Positions 10,766 to 20,694 of a stretch of 64,000 nucleotides of DNA are shown piece by piece. Under the pieces are notes generated by a model, which was not told where the DNA came from, did not search any database, and worked only from the letters and a program-made list of their open reading frames with translations. The stretch lies in the IMG/VR virus record IMGVR_UViG_3300028886_000092. One strand, given 5' to 3'. Positions within the stretch are counted from its first letter, which is position 1, and each line of letters opens with the position of its first letter. The DNA is from an uncultured virus (IMG/VR IMGVR_UViG_3300028886_000092) (taxonomy: Duplodnaviria > Heunggongvirae > Uroviricota > Caudoviricetes). Both the position numbers and the translations under genes were made by a program.

Positions 10766-11227
10766 TCACGATATGCACCTGCTGATTAGCTTCCTTCCAT
10801 GATGCACGCGGCTCTTGACAATATTCAGGCTCACGTTGTGCATATCTGCTATCTCGTTGTATGAATATCCCTGAGCATAAAGAAGGGCGGTCTGTACGCT
10901 TATGCTTGACCTTGCGCACTCCTCTATGATTCTCAGATATTCAGCGGATATGGTGTACGTACTCGGATCGTCAAAGAACCCGCACTCGGGGAGGTTCTGA
11001 AAGGGCTCAACAATGCCAGTATGCCGCTTGCCGCTACGGAAGGTGTTACGCATGATAACGAGTACCCACAGGCGGAAACTCTTGTCGGCATCGTACTTGT
11101 CTGCATTGAGAAGTATTTTTAGGACCGTATCTCCGGCAAGGTCTTCCGCATCGTCTCTGTTACGGCAAAAAGTACGTGCTATACCCCTTATCCAATTAAG
11201 GTTCCTTAGTAACAAAGACTCAATCAT
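10766..11227 (-). CDS. ECF-type RNA polymerase sigma-70 factor
   Basis: Region 2 (DDAEDLAGDT...FRLWVLVIMRN) and region 4 HTH (GYSYNEIAD...VKSRVHHGR). Confidence 0.85.
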   Translation of the reverse strand: MIESLLLRNLNWIRGIARTFCRNRDDAEDLAGDTVLKILLNADKYDADKSFRLWVLVIMRNTFRSGKRHTGIVEPFQNLPECGFFDDPSTYTISAEYLRIIEECARSSISVQTALLYAQGYSYNEIADMHNVSLNIVKSRVHHGRKLISRCIS

Positions 11228-11429
11228 GTTTGGATATGCTTATTATGTTACCGGCACGCCTACGCTCTTCAAGGCTGCATAGGTACATTTCTCTCGCTGA
11301 TTCCTTGATGCTGTCAAACAAGGAATCCTTACTGTCACTTTGCTCAAGTTTGCTCAGTATTCTGTCGCACTTTACATCTACTGACTTTATCGAATGCAAC
11401 AGATGGCGGTATCTGTATTTTGAACTCAT
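11220..11429 (-). CDS. Hypothetical protein
   Basis: Short ORF overlapping the sigma start. Confidence 0.4.
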   Translation of the reverse strand: MSSKYRYRHLLHSIKSVDVKCDRILSKLEQSDSKDSLFDSIKESAREMYLCSLEERRRAGNIISISKHD

Positions 11430-11490
11430 AAAAAAGGGGTTGTATGTCGATATGGATACACACAACCCCCTAAAAATGTTGTATCAGCCT

Positions 11491-12057
11491 CTATTTGGTT
11501 GCCTGCTGGCGCTGCTGCTTACATGCCATATTAACAAGGTTGGCATACACACTTGCCGATACAGTTTCAATGTTAATGGAGAACTTGAAGTGTGCCATAA
11601 GTCTTGCGGTCTGCATGTCGAATGACGCTCTGAACTCATCCTCCGAGAATGTCTCTTGGGAGCTCTGCTTCCTCTCGTTCTCCATGCGCTCATACTGGCT
11701 CTCCTCGCTCCTGAGCATCTGCTCAATCTTGGCCTTCAGACTATCTTTGTCACGCCTGGCAATTTTGTCTTCCTTGATGATTAGCAGGATATCCCTCACT
11801 TCATCATAAGCGTCATATACGTTGATAAGGTTAAGGAATATGCGATAAAGCTTGATCCTTGCATCGCTCCGGTACCGCCGCTCATCTTCAAGAAGCCGAG
11901 CCTTAGCTGAAACGGGGTCTGCCATATTGTTATACTGCTCCAACAGGCTGTTTGCAACCTGCTTGGAGGTGTCAGGGTCGGCACCGATAGAACTATAGTC
12001 ACCGCATGCGATGTCTATAAACTGAGCCATTGTAAACTGGTCTAATCTCTTCTTCAT
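11491..12057 (-). CDS. Hypothetical phage protein
   Basis: 188-aa ORF coupled to the tape measure stop. Confidence 0.6.
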   Translation of the reverse strand: MKKRLDQFTMAQFIDIACGDYSSIGADPDTSKQVANSLLEQYNNMADPVSAKARLLEDERRYRSDARIKLYRIFLNLINVYDAYDEVRDILLIIKEDKIARRDKDSLKAKIEQMLRSEESQYERMENERKQSSQETFSEDEFRASFDMQTARLMAHFKFSINIETVSASVYANLVNMACKQQRQQATK

Positions 12058-15000
12058 AATCTTGTCCTCTTGTAGTTACTATATGCTGTGTCATAGGCTA
12101 TTTTCCTCTGCATGTAGATGGAGTGTTTGAGCAGCTGGTTTGTCTGTGCTACAGAACGCTCAAGCTTCTTGCTATCATGGCTCACAATAACTATTGGGCT
12201 ATCCTTGGAATCTGATGGGGTTATTGTCATAAACACTGGTTCTGGAATCTTTTCGGCATCAGGATAAACAACAGCACCCTTAGGCATGTCTACGATGGTT
12301 GGAGTGTCAGGTGTTATCCACATCTTATTGTCGAAAACAACCGCCTCACTCTTTCCGGCATCACCCACTATGGCAAGTCCTCCGGGGTGACCATCCTTTC
12401 CGGTACCCTTTGCATACGTAGCTATAGGAGTGGCAATGATGGTGGCAACCTCCATGGCACCAAGTGCTCCGACGAGAGCGGCAAGGACAACGTTAGGCAA
12501 AGCCTCTGTTATGGCAAGGGCGGTTGCTATGCCAGCCTGGGCAATAGACGTTACCTTATTCCATACGGCCTGCTTATACTGGAGTTCCTGTTTCTTCTTC
12601 TCCAGTTCTTCCTGCTTCTCAGCAGAACGCTGCTCTGCCGCACGCTTACGGGCCTCTGCTTCCTCTTTGCTGATGGCTCCAGTCTCTTCAAGGTTCTCAA
12701 TCTGTTCTACCTCCTTCTCATAGGCTTTCTCGCTCTCTTCCTTCTCTTCCTCTATCTTCTGAATCTGACCGTCATAGATAGCAGATACAAGGCTGTTGAG
12801 CTGTCCTATCAAACGGGAGGCGGTACGCATGTATTGTTTGGCTATCTGCTCCCGCTTTCTCTTTGACTTTTGATCGTCGCTCTCGGTCTTTTTCATGTTC
12901 TTGAGTTCTTCGTCGGCAACAGTCTTTGCAAGGTTAGCCTTAGCCTTTGCAAGTTTGCCTGCAATCTCTTTGCGCTTATCGGCTACCAATGCCTCAGCCT
13001 GAAGAACCTTCTCCAACATCTCGATTTCCTTCTCGGCAGTCATGACTGCATATTTAATCTTGGTGTCAGACAATTGCTTCTGGTATTCCTCTTCGGTGAT
13101 GAGGCCCTTTGCTCGGGATTCCGTTATGGCGGTAATCTCACGCACAAGATTAAGGTCTCGTTCCTCCTGTTCCTCCGCATATCTCTTCTGGATAGATTCT
13201 ATGACAGCATCATTGTACTTCTGCTGTGCATCCTGCTTAGCCTTGAGTGCCTTCTGTTCTGCATAGTAGTCTTTATCCCTGCGCGATTGCTCAAGCTGCA
13301 GAAGGGAGGAATCATACTGCTCTTGTGAGATAGTCTTGTTTTTGAGGGAATCATCAAGGGCTTTTTTCTCCTTTTCATAGCCTTTCTGAATCGATATGAG
13401 GCGAAGTTGCTGCTCTGCCTCAATGTATTGGAGTGTAAGGTCGTATTCCTCCTTGCTGCCTTCCTCGGTAAGTGCTATACGCTCGGTGATAATCTCCTGA
13501 GTGTACTGGAGGATAATCTCCTTAATTTCCTCATAGGTCTTGGTGGTAGCCTCCTTCTCTGTACTTCCAGTGTTGGTTGATGAGGTTTTTTTAGCAGAAG
13601 TATTTAGTGTTTCAATGAATTGGTTAATGTCTATGGTCTTTTCGACCTTTTGCATTGCCTGTTCATAGTCTTCTGTTATTTTCCTCGCTTCATTCAGTCC
13701 GACCTTAGCGTCTGCTACTGCCTTTTCGAGTTGCGCATGTCTCGCTTTTCGACGTTCCTCGAAATCTTTTTCGTGAAGTTTGTTTAGATCATCAATTTCT
13801 GCTTCTTCTATACTCTTTATTCTCTTTCCATGTTTAACCCTTTCATCTTCGGATTTCTTCAACACATCCTTTAATCGGTCAGCACCTTCTCCATAGTTTG
13901 TTGCTTCAAAAGTGTTTAATTCTCCAATAGCCTTTTGCAACTTTTCTGTTGCTTCACCCATTTCCAAAAGGCTCTGAACGTATTTGTCCGCATATTGCTT
14001 AACAAGGTCCTGCTTAGCTTCAACCAGCGCTTTTGCTATTATCGCCTGACTTAAACTATCATATGCCTGTTTTGCTTGCCCTGCCATGATTACTTCTGCT
14101 TGTAGGTTTCCGAAATAAGCAGGGTATAGTTCTTGCATCTTCTTCACGGCAGCTATGCGCTCATCATAAGAAAGGGTAATGTCGTTTGCGGCATCGTACA
14201 GAATACGAAGTGTTGCAATCTCGTCAGAACATGACTCTACGCCTTTTTCCCTCGCTTCTGCAAGGCGTTTCTCAACATCAATAAACTCCTCGTACTCCTT
14301 CTTACTCCGCTCCATCTCCTCACGGGCTTTCTTCTGCTCCTCCGTCTCGCTCTTGGTAGCCTTGGTAAAGGTGAAGATGGCGGCAACAAGCAAGCCTATG
14401 CCAGTGGCCAGTAATACATAAGGGTTCATCATGGCTACCTTGTTGAAAGCAGCTTGGGCAACAGTGGCCGCTTTGGTGACGATGATACTCTCACCCTCAG
14501 CCGCTGTCTTTATCTTTACAGCGGTGGCATGTGCTGCCGCCTGTAACCTCGCTACACCTACCATGAGGTTACTCTCACTCTGTAAGGCGGTCTGCGCCTT
14601 TGTCAGAGCATTGCTGGCCGCAAGACTCGCCTGCAAAGTAGTCTGTATCTTAATCAGGTCCTTTTCGCCTATTCCGAGGGCGTGAGATGCTGCAGTCAAT
14701 CCTCCCACGCCACTGATAAGAAGATTTATACCCTCTGTTATTGCGCTGAAAGACTGGGTATCATTTGCACCCGACTTAATCTCCCTGTTCACATCTTCAA
14801 CGGCATCCTTCAACTCTGAGGCACGGGCTTTAAGGCCGTTCATCTTCTGCTCCAACTCCTGCCCCTGGGCAGAGGCTCTCTCCTCATCGCTCATATTGCG
14901 GTACTGGATGGTGAGAGTAGCTATTTCCTGCACCAACTCCCTCAGCTCCGTCTTTACTGACTGGTTGGCTATGGCATAGTTACCGGTGTTCCTCTGGAAC

Positions 15001-15761
15001 TCTCCCATATCGGCTGCAAGGTCTTTCAGATGGGCATCCATATTGCCTATCTCTTCACCGAGCTTCTTGCCTATGTCAGAGTTCTTCTCCTCATCGCTGA
15101 GGCCCTTATATGCTCTCTTCATCATTTCAAGTTGCAGAGACAGTTTCTGATAACTTCCGTCAGATGCCTGCATTTGCTTTTCCTGATTATTGAGGACAAG
15201 GTTAAGGTCCTTAATGGCCGCCTGGTATTCTCTCTGCTTTGCGATGAGGCTTGCACGCACTGCCGTAGCCTTCTCTTCGCTTATGGTGCCGGATTTCTCT
15301 TGGTCGTCAAGGTCTTTCTGAGCCTTCTTGACATCTTTCAACTCTCCCTGCAACTGTGCAAGACGCAGTATGTTCTGCTGACGAGTACCAAGCAGACTCT
15401 CAGCTATGTCAAGGGCGCTCTTATCCTGAGCAAAGGCTTCGCGCTTGGCCTTGTTCTCCTTCTCTATCTCCGCCAACTCCCGACTGATAACATTCGTGGT
15501 CTGGCCTATTATGGTGCGCTGCTTCTCAACAGAGGCGTTAAGCTGCTCCGTAGCCTCCTGAGCTTTGCGCCCGCTCTCTGCAACACCACGGTTGAACTTC
15601 TCAAGATCGCCGGACGTGCTTATCTTCATTTCGAGACCCTTCGCCAGCTCTCTTGCTGCCTCTATGTACTTATCCTTAACACCCTTGATACTCTCAGAGA
15701 GCTTTTCAAGTTCCTCAAAGACCTTCTCATCGACAAGGTCGGTAATCTTAATGTCTGCCAT
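12054..15761 (-). CDS. Tail tape measure protein
   Basis: 1235-aa coiled-coil, Ala/Lys/Glu-rich protein with hydrophobic segments and a C-terminal YAKGT...GGLAIVGDAGKSE motif. Confidence 0.85.
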   Translation of the reverse strand: MADIKITDLVDEKVFEELEKLSESIKGVKDKYIEAARELAKGLEMKISTSGDLEKFNRGVAESGRKAQEATEQLNASVEKQRTIIGQTTNVISRELAEIEKENKAKREAFAQDKSALDIAESLLGTRQQNILRLAQLQGELKDVKKAQKDLDDQEKSGTISEEKATAVRASLIAKQREYQAAIKDLNLVLNNQEKQMQASDGSYQKLSLQLEMMKRAYKGLSDEEKNSDIGKKLGEEIGNMDAHLKDLAADMGEFQRNTGNYAIANQSVKTELRELVQEIATLTIQYRNMSDEERASAQGQELEQKMNGLKARASELKDAVEDVNREIKSGANDTQSFSAITEGINLLISGVGGLTAASHALGIGEKDLIKIQTTLQASLAASNALTKAQTALQSESNLMVGVARLQAAAHATAVKIKTAAEGESIIVTKAATVAQAAFNKVAMMNPYVLLATGIGLLVAAIFTFTKATKSETEEQKKAREEMERSKKEYEEFIDVEKRLAEAREKGVESCSDEIATLRILYDAANDITLSYDERIAAVKKMQELYPAYFGNLQAEVIMAGQAKQAYDSLSQAIIAKALVEAKQDLVKQYADKYVQSLLEMGEATEKLQKAIGELNTFEATNYGEGADRLKDVLKKSEDERVKHGKRIKSIEEAEIDDLNKLHEKDFEERRKARHAQLEKAVADAKVGLNEARKITEDYEQAMQKVEKTIDINQFIETLNTSAKKTSSTNTGSTEKEATTKTYEEIKEIILQYTQEIITERIALTEEGSKEEYDLTLQYIEAEQQLRLISIQKGYEKEKKALDDSLKNKTISQEQYDSSLLQLEQSRRDKDYYAEQKALKAKQDAQQKYNDAVIESIQKRYAEEQEERDLNLVREITAITESRAKGLITEEEYQKQLSDTKIKYAVMTAEKEIEMLEKVLQAEALVADKRKEIAGKLAKAKANLAKTVADEELKNMKKTESDDQKSKRKREQIAKQYMRTASRLIGQLNSLVSAIYDGQIQKIEEEKEESEKAYEKEVEQIENLEETGAISKEEAEARKRAAEQRSAEKQEELEKKKQELQYKQAVWNKVTSIAQAGIATALAITEALPNVVLAALVGALGAMEVATIIATPIATYAKGTGKDGHPGGLAIVGDAGKSEAVVFDNKMWITPDTPTIVDMPKGAVVYPDAEKIPEPVFMTITPSDSKDSPIVIVSHDSKKLERSVAQTNQLLKHSIYMQRKIAYDTAYSNYKRTRL

Positions 15762-15764
15762 TGA

Positions 15765-15950
15765 TTAAAGGTAATGTCTGTATTCTACAATATCTCCTTT
15801 TGTCTCTTCACCGACAGGGGCAAAGGAGAATGTGCCGTCTGCCTTCCTATATACTGCCACCATAGTCTGCTCCATGATGGCGCATTTTCTCGCAAGTTCG
15901 CTGACTCTTGTCTGCTCGCTCATTAGTTTCTTTCTTTCACAACTGCAACT
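15765..15950 (-). CDS. Small conserved phage protein
   Basis: MSCSCERKK... ORF directly upstream of the tape measure gene. Confidence 0.5.
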   Translation of the reverse strand, partial: SCSCERKKLMSEQTRVSELARKCAIMEQTMVAVYRKADGTFSFAPVGEETKGDIVEYRHYL

Positions 15951-16471
15951 CATCTGTAACCGCAATTTTGCATAAAGTCATTCAACCAGGGGCGCAAAGC
16001 ATAGATATTGAAATACTCCTTTGCGTCATCCGTAAGTCGGAAGATGGCTTCACCATATTTCTTTTCGATAAGGGGGCCGTCCTGAAAACCGCTTGTAAAA
16101 ACCCTGAGAACATCACCCTGCCTTGATGCCTTGATGGATGAATGGAATAGTCCGGTAATAAAGAGGTTCGGAACGGCAACAGGTCTCGGCGGTAGGTTGA
16201 GGTTCATACTACGCATGGGCGGGGTAATCTTCTCCTTCCATTTCTTGTAGGCATAGTTCGCACCGTGCCACGGACCAAACTCATTGAAATAGGGATCTTC
16301 GTCATAAGTGGGTTTCAGATATTCACCTTCTCCGTCAATACCGCTATACAACTGCTCCGTAACACACATGGTGATGATGTCCCGCTTCTCTTCAAGACAC
16401 TCCATTATGCTATCCTTGATGCCGTCCCTGATAGCATTTACCACGCTCTCCAGTCTGTCGAAATCTGCCAT
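15950..16471 (-). CDS. Putative tail completion/neck protein
   Basis: PNLFITGLFHSSI motif reminiscent of HK97 gp10-like proteins; synteny. Confidence 0.5.
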   Translation of the reverse strand: MADFDRLESVVNAIRDGIKDSIMECLEEKRDIITMCVTEQLYSGIDGEGEYLKPTYDEDPYFNEFGPWHGANYAYKKWKEKITPPMRSMNLNLPPRPVAVPNLFITGLFHSSIKASRQGDVLRVFTSGFQDGPLIEKKYGEAIFRLTDDAKEYFNIYALRPWLNDFMQNCGYR

Positions 16472-16524
16472 AGTTCTGTAATTGAAGAGGGCTGGACTTT
16501 TCAACTGCCCAGCCCTCCGTTAAT

Positions 16525-16704
16525 CTACTCTTTCTCTTTCTGTTCCTTATGCTTTGTGATGATGTCGTAAACGTCGGCGAGCATCTTCTCACGCTCCTTC
16601 GGTTCACGGTCCTGCCAAAGCACATCCTTGTGAGCCTTGATGAAGTCGCTTTTCTTCATGGGCCTTATGGCCTGCTCAACGAAAGTGACACCTTCAAATA
16701 ACAT
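16525..16704 (-). CDS. Small protein (59 aa), possible tail assembly chaperone
   Basis: Hand-translated MLFEGVTFVEQAIRPMKKSDF...; follows the major tail gene. Confidence 0.45.
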   Translation of the reverse strand: MLFEGVTFVEQAIRPMKKSDFIKAHKDVLWQDREPKEREKMLADVYDIITKHKEQKEKE

Positions 16705-16716
16705 GGCTTTTTTCCT

Positions 16717-17574
16717 TTAGGCAGAAGCGAGCTTCACTGTCTTGTTCCACTCGATACCTGCAATGTCATTTGCAAGAAGAACGCTCGGAGCCTTAAGACT
16801 CGGTGTAGCACCGGCACTGGCTGTAATAGTCAACAATCCGTCTGCGTAGGTTGCAGTGGTCACGTTGTTCAGAACAGAACTTGCACCGCTGGCAACTGCC
16901 TGGCCGAACTCCTCGGTACGGTCATATCCGCCGATAGACTCAATAATCTTGTACTTACCGGATACGGTCTCCACAAGATCAACACTTACAAGACCCTTCA
17001 ACTCGTCCAGAGGATTGAAGTCCAGCTGTACATAGTCGAAGTTCTCAATAGCGGCACGGGCATCCTCCAGACAGCAGGAAACTGTCAGGCTTGCCTTTGC
17101 GCTCGAAGTTGGGTGAGGAACAACGGTGGGGTAAACAGTGCTCATGGGGATACCGGCAAGAATGTCGGTACCGTCATTGATACCGATGAGAAGGTTGTTC
17201 TCATCAACATAGTAAGCGTCAAAGCGCTTGTTCATGCACTTAGTCAGGCTTGCTGCCAGGTGCTCGCTGTACTTGTCAACGGTGAAGGTGTCAGTCTGGG
17301 CGCTGATACCCGTTACGCCGTTGCCGCCATAACCGACAGCACTTGTCTGAGGCTCGCCGCCGTTCTTCGCATACTCAACGATAGTTGCGATAGGATAGAT
17401 ACGGTTGGGAACGTCTGCATGACACTTCTCCTCAAAGACACCTTTCGTGAAAGTGTTGCCAAGGTTCGAACCATGAGGCACGAGGATTACGGCTTTTATC
17501 TTGCCGAAATCAATCTGACAAGCACTCTTGCCGGTTGCAAGGGTAATACCCATGCAATTACGAATTTTTCTCAT
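16717..17574 (-). CDS. Major tail (tube) protein
   Basis: 285 aa, strongly biased codon use, position after the head-tail genes. Confidence 0.6.
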   Translation of the reverse strand: MRKIRNCMGITLATGKSACQIDFGKIKAVILVPHGSNLGNTFTKGVFEEKCHADVPNRIYPIATIVEYAKNGGEPQTSAVGYGGNGVTGISAQTDTFTVDKYSEHLAASLTKCMNKRFDAYYVDENNLLIGINDGTDILAGIPMSTVYPTVVPHPTSSAKASLTVSCCLEDARAAIENFDYVQLDFNPLDELKGLVSVDLVETVSGKYKIIESIGGYDRTEEFGQAVASGASSVLNNVTTATYADGLLTITASAGATPSLKAPSVLLANDIAGIEWNKTVKLASA

Positions 17575-18130
17575 CTCGAATACAATTTAATTGTTTGATG
17601 GTTATTTGCAAATCACTAATGTTAATGGCATCTATGGGCTCACTTACCGCCTCTCCTGATGCGGTGTAGGCACCATATCGTCCATAGCTGTAGTTCTCTG
17701 AATATACATGCGGGAAACTGCCGTCGTAGTTACTCTCAACCATTGGGTGATTGTTCAGCAATTCCATGAAAGCATCATAGATGGGGCGAAGGATATTCTC
17801 AAAGGAATAAACCTTTCGCTCTTCATTGCTCCACTCCTTGCGGCTGCTGCACGCTATTAGCAAAGAAACCTTGGATTCGGAAGCTATACCTACAAGGCCC
17901 CTCTTCTCCTTTACAGGCGTGAAGAGGGCTATGAGAGGCAGCTTCTCAACACCGGTCACCTTGCTATAGTCATCAAGCTGGTCCTTGATGTACTGAGCGT
18001 CACCGAAGATGTAGGTTATGTCGGGCTGAATGTCATACTCTGCGCTTGCTGTAGCCATACGGACAGTAATATGACCGGATAATGCCTGTACAATACCTTC
18101 GAGTAAATCTATGATGTTCTGCTGCTGCAT
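17558..18130 (-). CDS. Putative tail terminator / head-tail protein
   Basis: Synteny; 190 aa. Confidence 0.5.
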   Translation of the reverse strand: MQQQNIIDLLEGIVQALSGHITVRMATASAEYDIQPDITYIFGDAQYIKDQLDDYSKVTGVEKLPLIALFTPVKEKRGLVGIASESKVSLLIACSSRKEWSNEERKVYSFENILRPIYDAFMELLNNHPMVESNYDGSFPHVYSENYSYGRYGAYTASGEAVSEPIDAINISDLQITIKQLNCIRDEKNS

Positions 18131-18134
18131 ATCA

Positions 18135-18614
18135 CTACAGGTTGAATTGATTTATACGGGTCAGCATGTTCTTTTCGATAGTAACACCTTCCACATCAAC
18201 CTCGCTGACAAACCTTTCCAGATTGTCCACCATGCGGTTCCAAGTCTGCACACCTTTTTCCAAAGGGCTTACATAGGAATTGGCACACTTCAACTGGACA
18301 AGTCCGGTTATTGTAGGCTGTACGTTCATATCTCTTAGCATATGGAAAAACACATAGTCCGCAAACGGCTCCTTTAACAGAGCGATGAGGCTTTCCATAC
18401 TTTCGTCCTTCTGCTCATGCTCTGTCTTGGAGAACTCGTCAACCGACTGGCACAAGCCATTGCCTACTACGCTCTTCAGGAAATCAGTCTGTAAAAACCC
18501 AATGTACCCGTTGATACGCTCGGCTACGGCTATCTGATTAGCGTTCTTCTGCGTCTCTACTGCATTTTCAATCTGACGCGGGCCGCTTGTGAAAGATGTT
18601 ACGTCGATTAGCAT
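18135..18614 (-). CDS. Putative head-tail connector
   Basis: Synteny after the capsid gene; 159 aa. Confidence 0.5.
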   Translation of the reverse strand: MLIDVTSFTSGPRQIENAVETQKNANQIAVAERINGYIGFLQTDFLKSVVGNGLCQSVDEFSKTEHEQKDESMESLIALLKEPFADYVFFHMLRDMNVQPTITGLVQLKCANSYVSPLEKGVQTWNRMVDNLERFVSEVDVEGVTIEKNMLTRINQFNL

Positions 18615-18617
18615 GTC

Positions 18618-19088
18618 TTATTTCTTTGAACTTTTCTTACCTTTGGTGTCGGGTACCTCTTCTACCTCTTTTGTGTCGGGAGCCTTGGGAGCATCCTTCT
18701 TGTCACCCTCTTCTGGAGCCTCGGTAGTGTCGGTTTCTTCACCTTCCTTGGTGTCGGTTTCTTCACCTTCCTTGGTGTCGGTATTGTCACCTTCACCGTC
18801 ATTTTCCTCGCCGTCACCCTGGGTGTCGGGAGCCTTGGGAGCATCTTCATTGGCCTTCTCTTCGAGAGTAGCCTTCAAGGTCTCGTTCTCCTGCATGAGT
18901 TCTTCAATGCGGGCATCTCTCTGTCCGATTGCTTCAACCATGTTCTTAACTTCCTCTTCGGTCACTCCTTCAGGAGTAGAGATTGAGTCGGCAGGGGAGA
19001 ATGATACCTGTCCCCTGCTAACCCTTACCCTATTCTCTTTGATAATGGTCTTAACAAGACGTTCCTCACCTTCGAGAATAACTTTCAT
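18618..19088 (-). CDS. Acidic low-complexity virion-associated protein
   Basis: Start MKVILEG; EGEETDTK and DAPKAPDT repeats. Confidence 0.55.
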   Translation of the reverse strand: MKVILEGEERLVKTIIKENRVRVSRGQVSFSPADSISTPEGVTEEEVKNMVEAIGQRDARIEELMQENETLKATLEEKANEDAPKAPDTQGDGEENDGEGDNTDTKEGEETDTKEGEETDTTEAPEEGDKKDAPKAPDTKEVEEVPDTKGKKSSKK

Positions 19089-19099
19089 AACACTCACGT

Positions 19100-20674
19100 T
19101 TAGGCTTTGGTGATTGCGGTGATGAGGCTTGCCAAGTCTCCATAGGCAAATGCCCAAGGCATGTAAACTGGCATGATTACCTCTTCCTGTGCGATGAGAA
19201 CAACCTGATTCTTCAGCTTGCTGTCAACATCGTCACACCATTCCAGACTCAGAGCGGTGTAGTCCACAAGGTTAGCACCGTTCACGAAGTCGCCAAGGAT
19301 ATACTTGCCGGCTGCGATGTTTGTGCTCTCGATGATGGGCTTGCCGTTGATGTAGTTCACACCGTTGCGGTTCTCGATGAGGTTCAGGTTACGGCCCAGG
19401 CTGTCCTTCTCACTGGCAATGCTGTTGACGGTGATGGGGTTCAGCACGATAGCGTTTGCAGAGAACTGAGCATAGTTCATGACTGCAAAGGCTGTCTTGA
19501 TAGCGTCACCGCTATTGGGGTCCTCAACACTCTTGAAACCGCTATGCTTAACGGTAAACGTCATGGTGGCGGTAGAACTTTCTGCGCCAGAATAGGCTGC
19601 ACCCTTGAGCAGAATCTCACGGTCGTTCAGTTTACGAACAGGGAATGTTCCGTTGGCACCTGTATTCACGGTGGCACCTGCCACGGTGATCATCATACCG
19701 TCGAGAATCTTGTCATCCACAGCGTTCAGCTCGATTACAGTGTCAGCATTGCTGTTGTAACCGGAAACCTTCTTGATGCTGCCTGCTGCACCAGTCGTAA
19801 CGGCTGTACCGATGAGCGCCTCAATAGAGGTTACGCCAGTGTAGTTCACGATACCCTGCAGGTTCTCACCGTTGCCGTCACCGAACAACATCTGGAAGTC
19901 CTCAGCCATGAGAACGGCCTCGGGCAGCATGTTCAGGATGAAGGAACGGATATACACGCGGCTCTTGAGCATACGCTTGGAGATACGCATGTGAGTACCC
20001 AGACGCTTGGTTGCTGCTACAACCTCCTTAGCCTTGATGCTGGACTCGGGCAGTGTGCCGTTCTCGGAAACCATTGCGGCATTGCGGTCGAAATCGTACA
20101 CCTGTGCGAAGGCGAGCTGAGGATACTCGGGATCACCCTGCAGAGTGGCGATAACGTCACGCATGTGCAACTTCTTGTTGGCTACCTGAGAGACAACCTT
20201 GCCCGTCTGCTGAGTGATGAGGTTGGTACCGGAATAGTTGGCGGCCATGCTAACCTCTTTCAGGGAGAATCCGTCAAAAGAGCCGGACTTGGTGGTATGG
20301 CCACTGGCAAATTCCTTGAACTTGTCAGAGTCGAGCATGGCGGTAACCTTCTCGTCAAACTTGTTGATAACTTCCATGGAGAGACCTTTCTCCTTCAGCT
20401 TCTTGACAGTCTCGCCAAGCTGCTTAACCTGCTCTACAAGGTCGTTGTTATCCTTGATGAGTGTATCGAATTTCTCAGCGTCAAAGGCCTTCAACTGATC
20501 GTTGATGCTCTTGAACTTGTCTTCGACATCCTCGGGGCTCATAGTACCCTCAAGGCTCTTGTTGGTAACGTCACACATGAGCTGCAGCATGTTGTTCATG
20601 AACGTCTTCTGCTCTTCGGACAAACCGTCCATCTTCAGCTGGAAGTCTGCAACTGTCACAAATTTCTTTTTCAT
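19100..20674 (-). CDS. Major capsid protein (HK97 fold) with beta-rich insertion
   Basis: N-terminal coiled-coil delta domain, AAMVSENGTLPES, FGDGNGENLQGI and terminal AFAYGD motifs. Confidence 0.9.
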   Translation of the reverse strand: MKKKFVTVADFQLKMDGLSEEQKTFMNNMLQLMCDVTNKSLEGTMSPEDVEDKFKSINDQLKAFDAEKFDTLIKDNNDLVEQVKQLGETVKKLKEKGLSMEVINKFDEKVTAMLDSDKFKEFASGHTTKSGSFDGFSLKEVSMAANYSGTNLITQQTGKVVSQVANKKLHMRDVIATLQGDPEYPQLAFAQVYDFDRNAAMVSENGTLPESSIKAKEVVAATKRLGTHMRISKRMLKSRVYIRSFILNMLPEAVLMAEDFQMLFGDGNGENLQGIVNYTGVTSIEALIGTAVTTGAAGSIKKVSGYNSNADTVIELNAVDDKILDGMMITVAGATVNTGANGTFPVRKLNDREILLKGAAYSGAESSTATMTFTVKHSGFKSVEDPNSGDAIKTAFAVMNYAQFSANAIVLNPITVNSIASEKDSLGRNLNLIENRNGVNYINGKPIIESTNIAAGKYILGDFVNGANLVDYTALSLEWCDDVDSKLKNQVVLIAQEEVIMPVYMPWAFAYGDLASLITAITKA

Positions 20675-20694
20675 TTTCGTTGAAATTTAATTGG

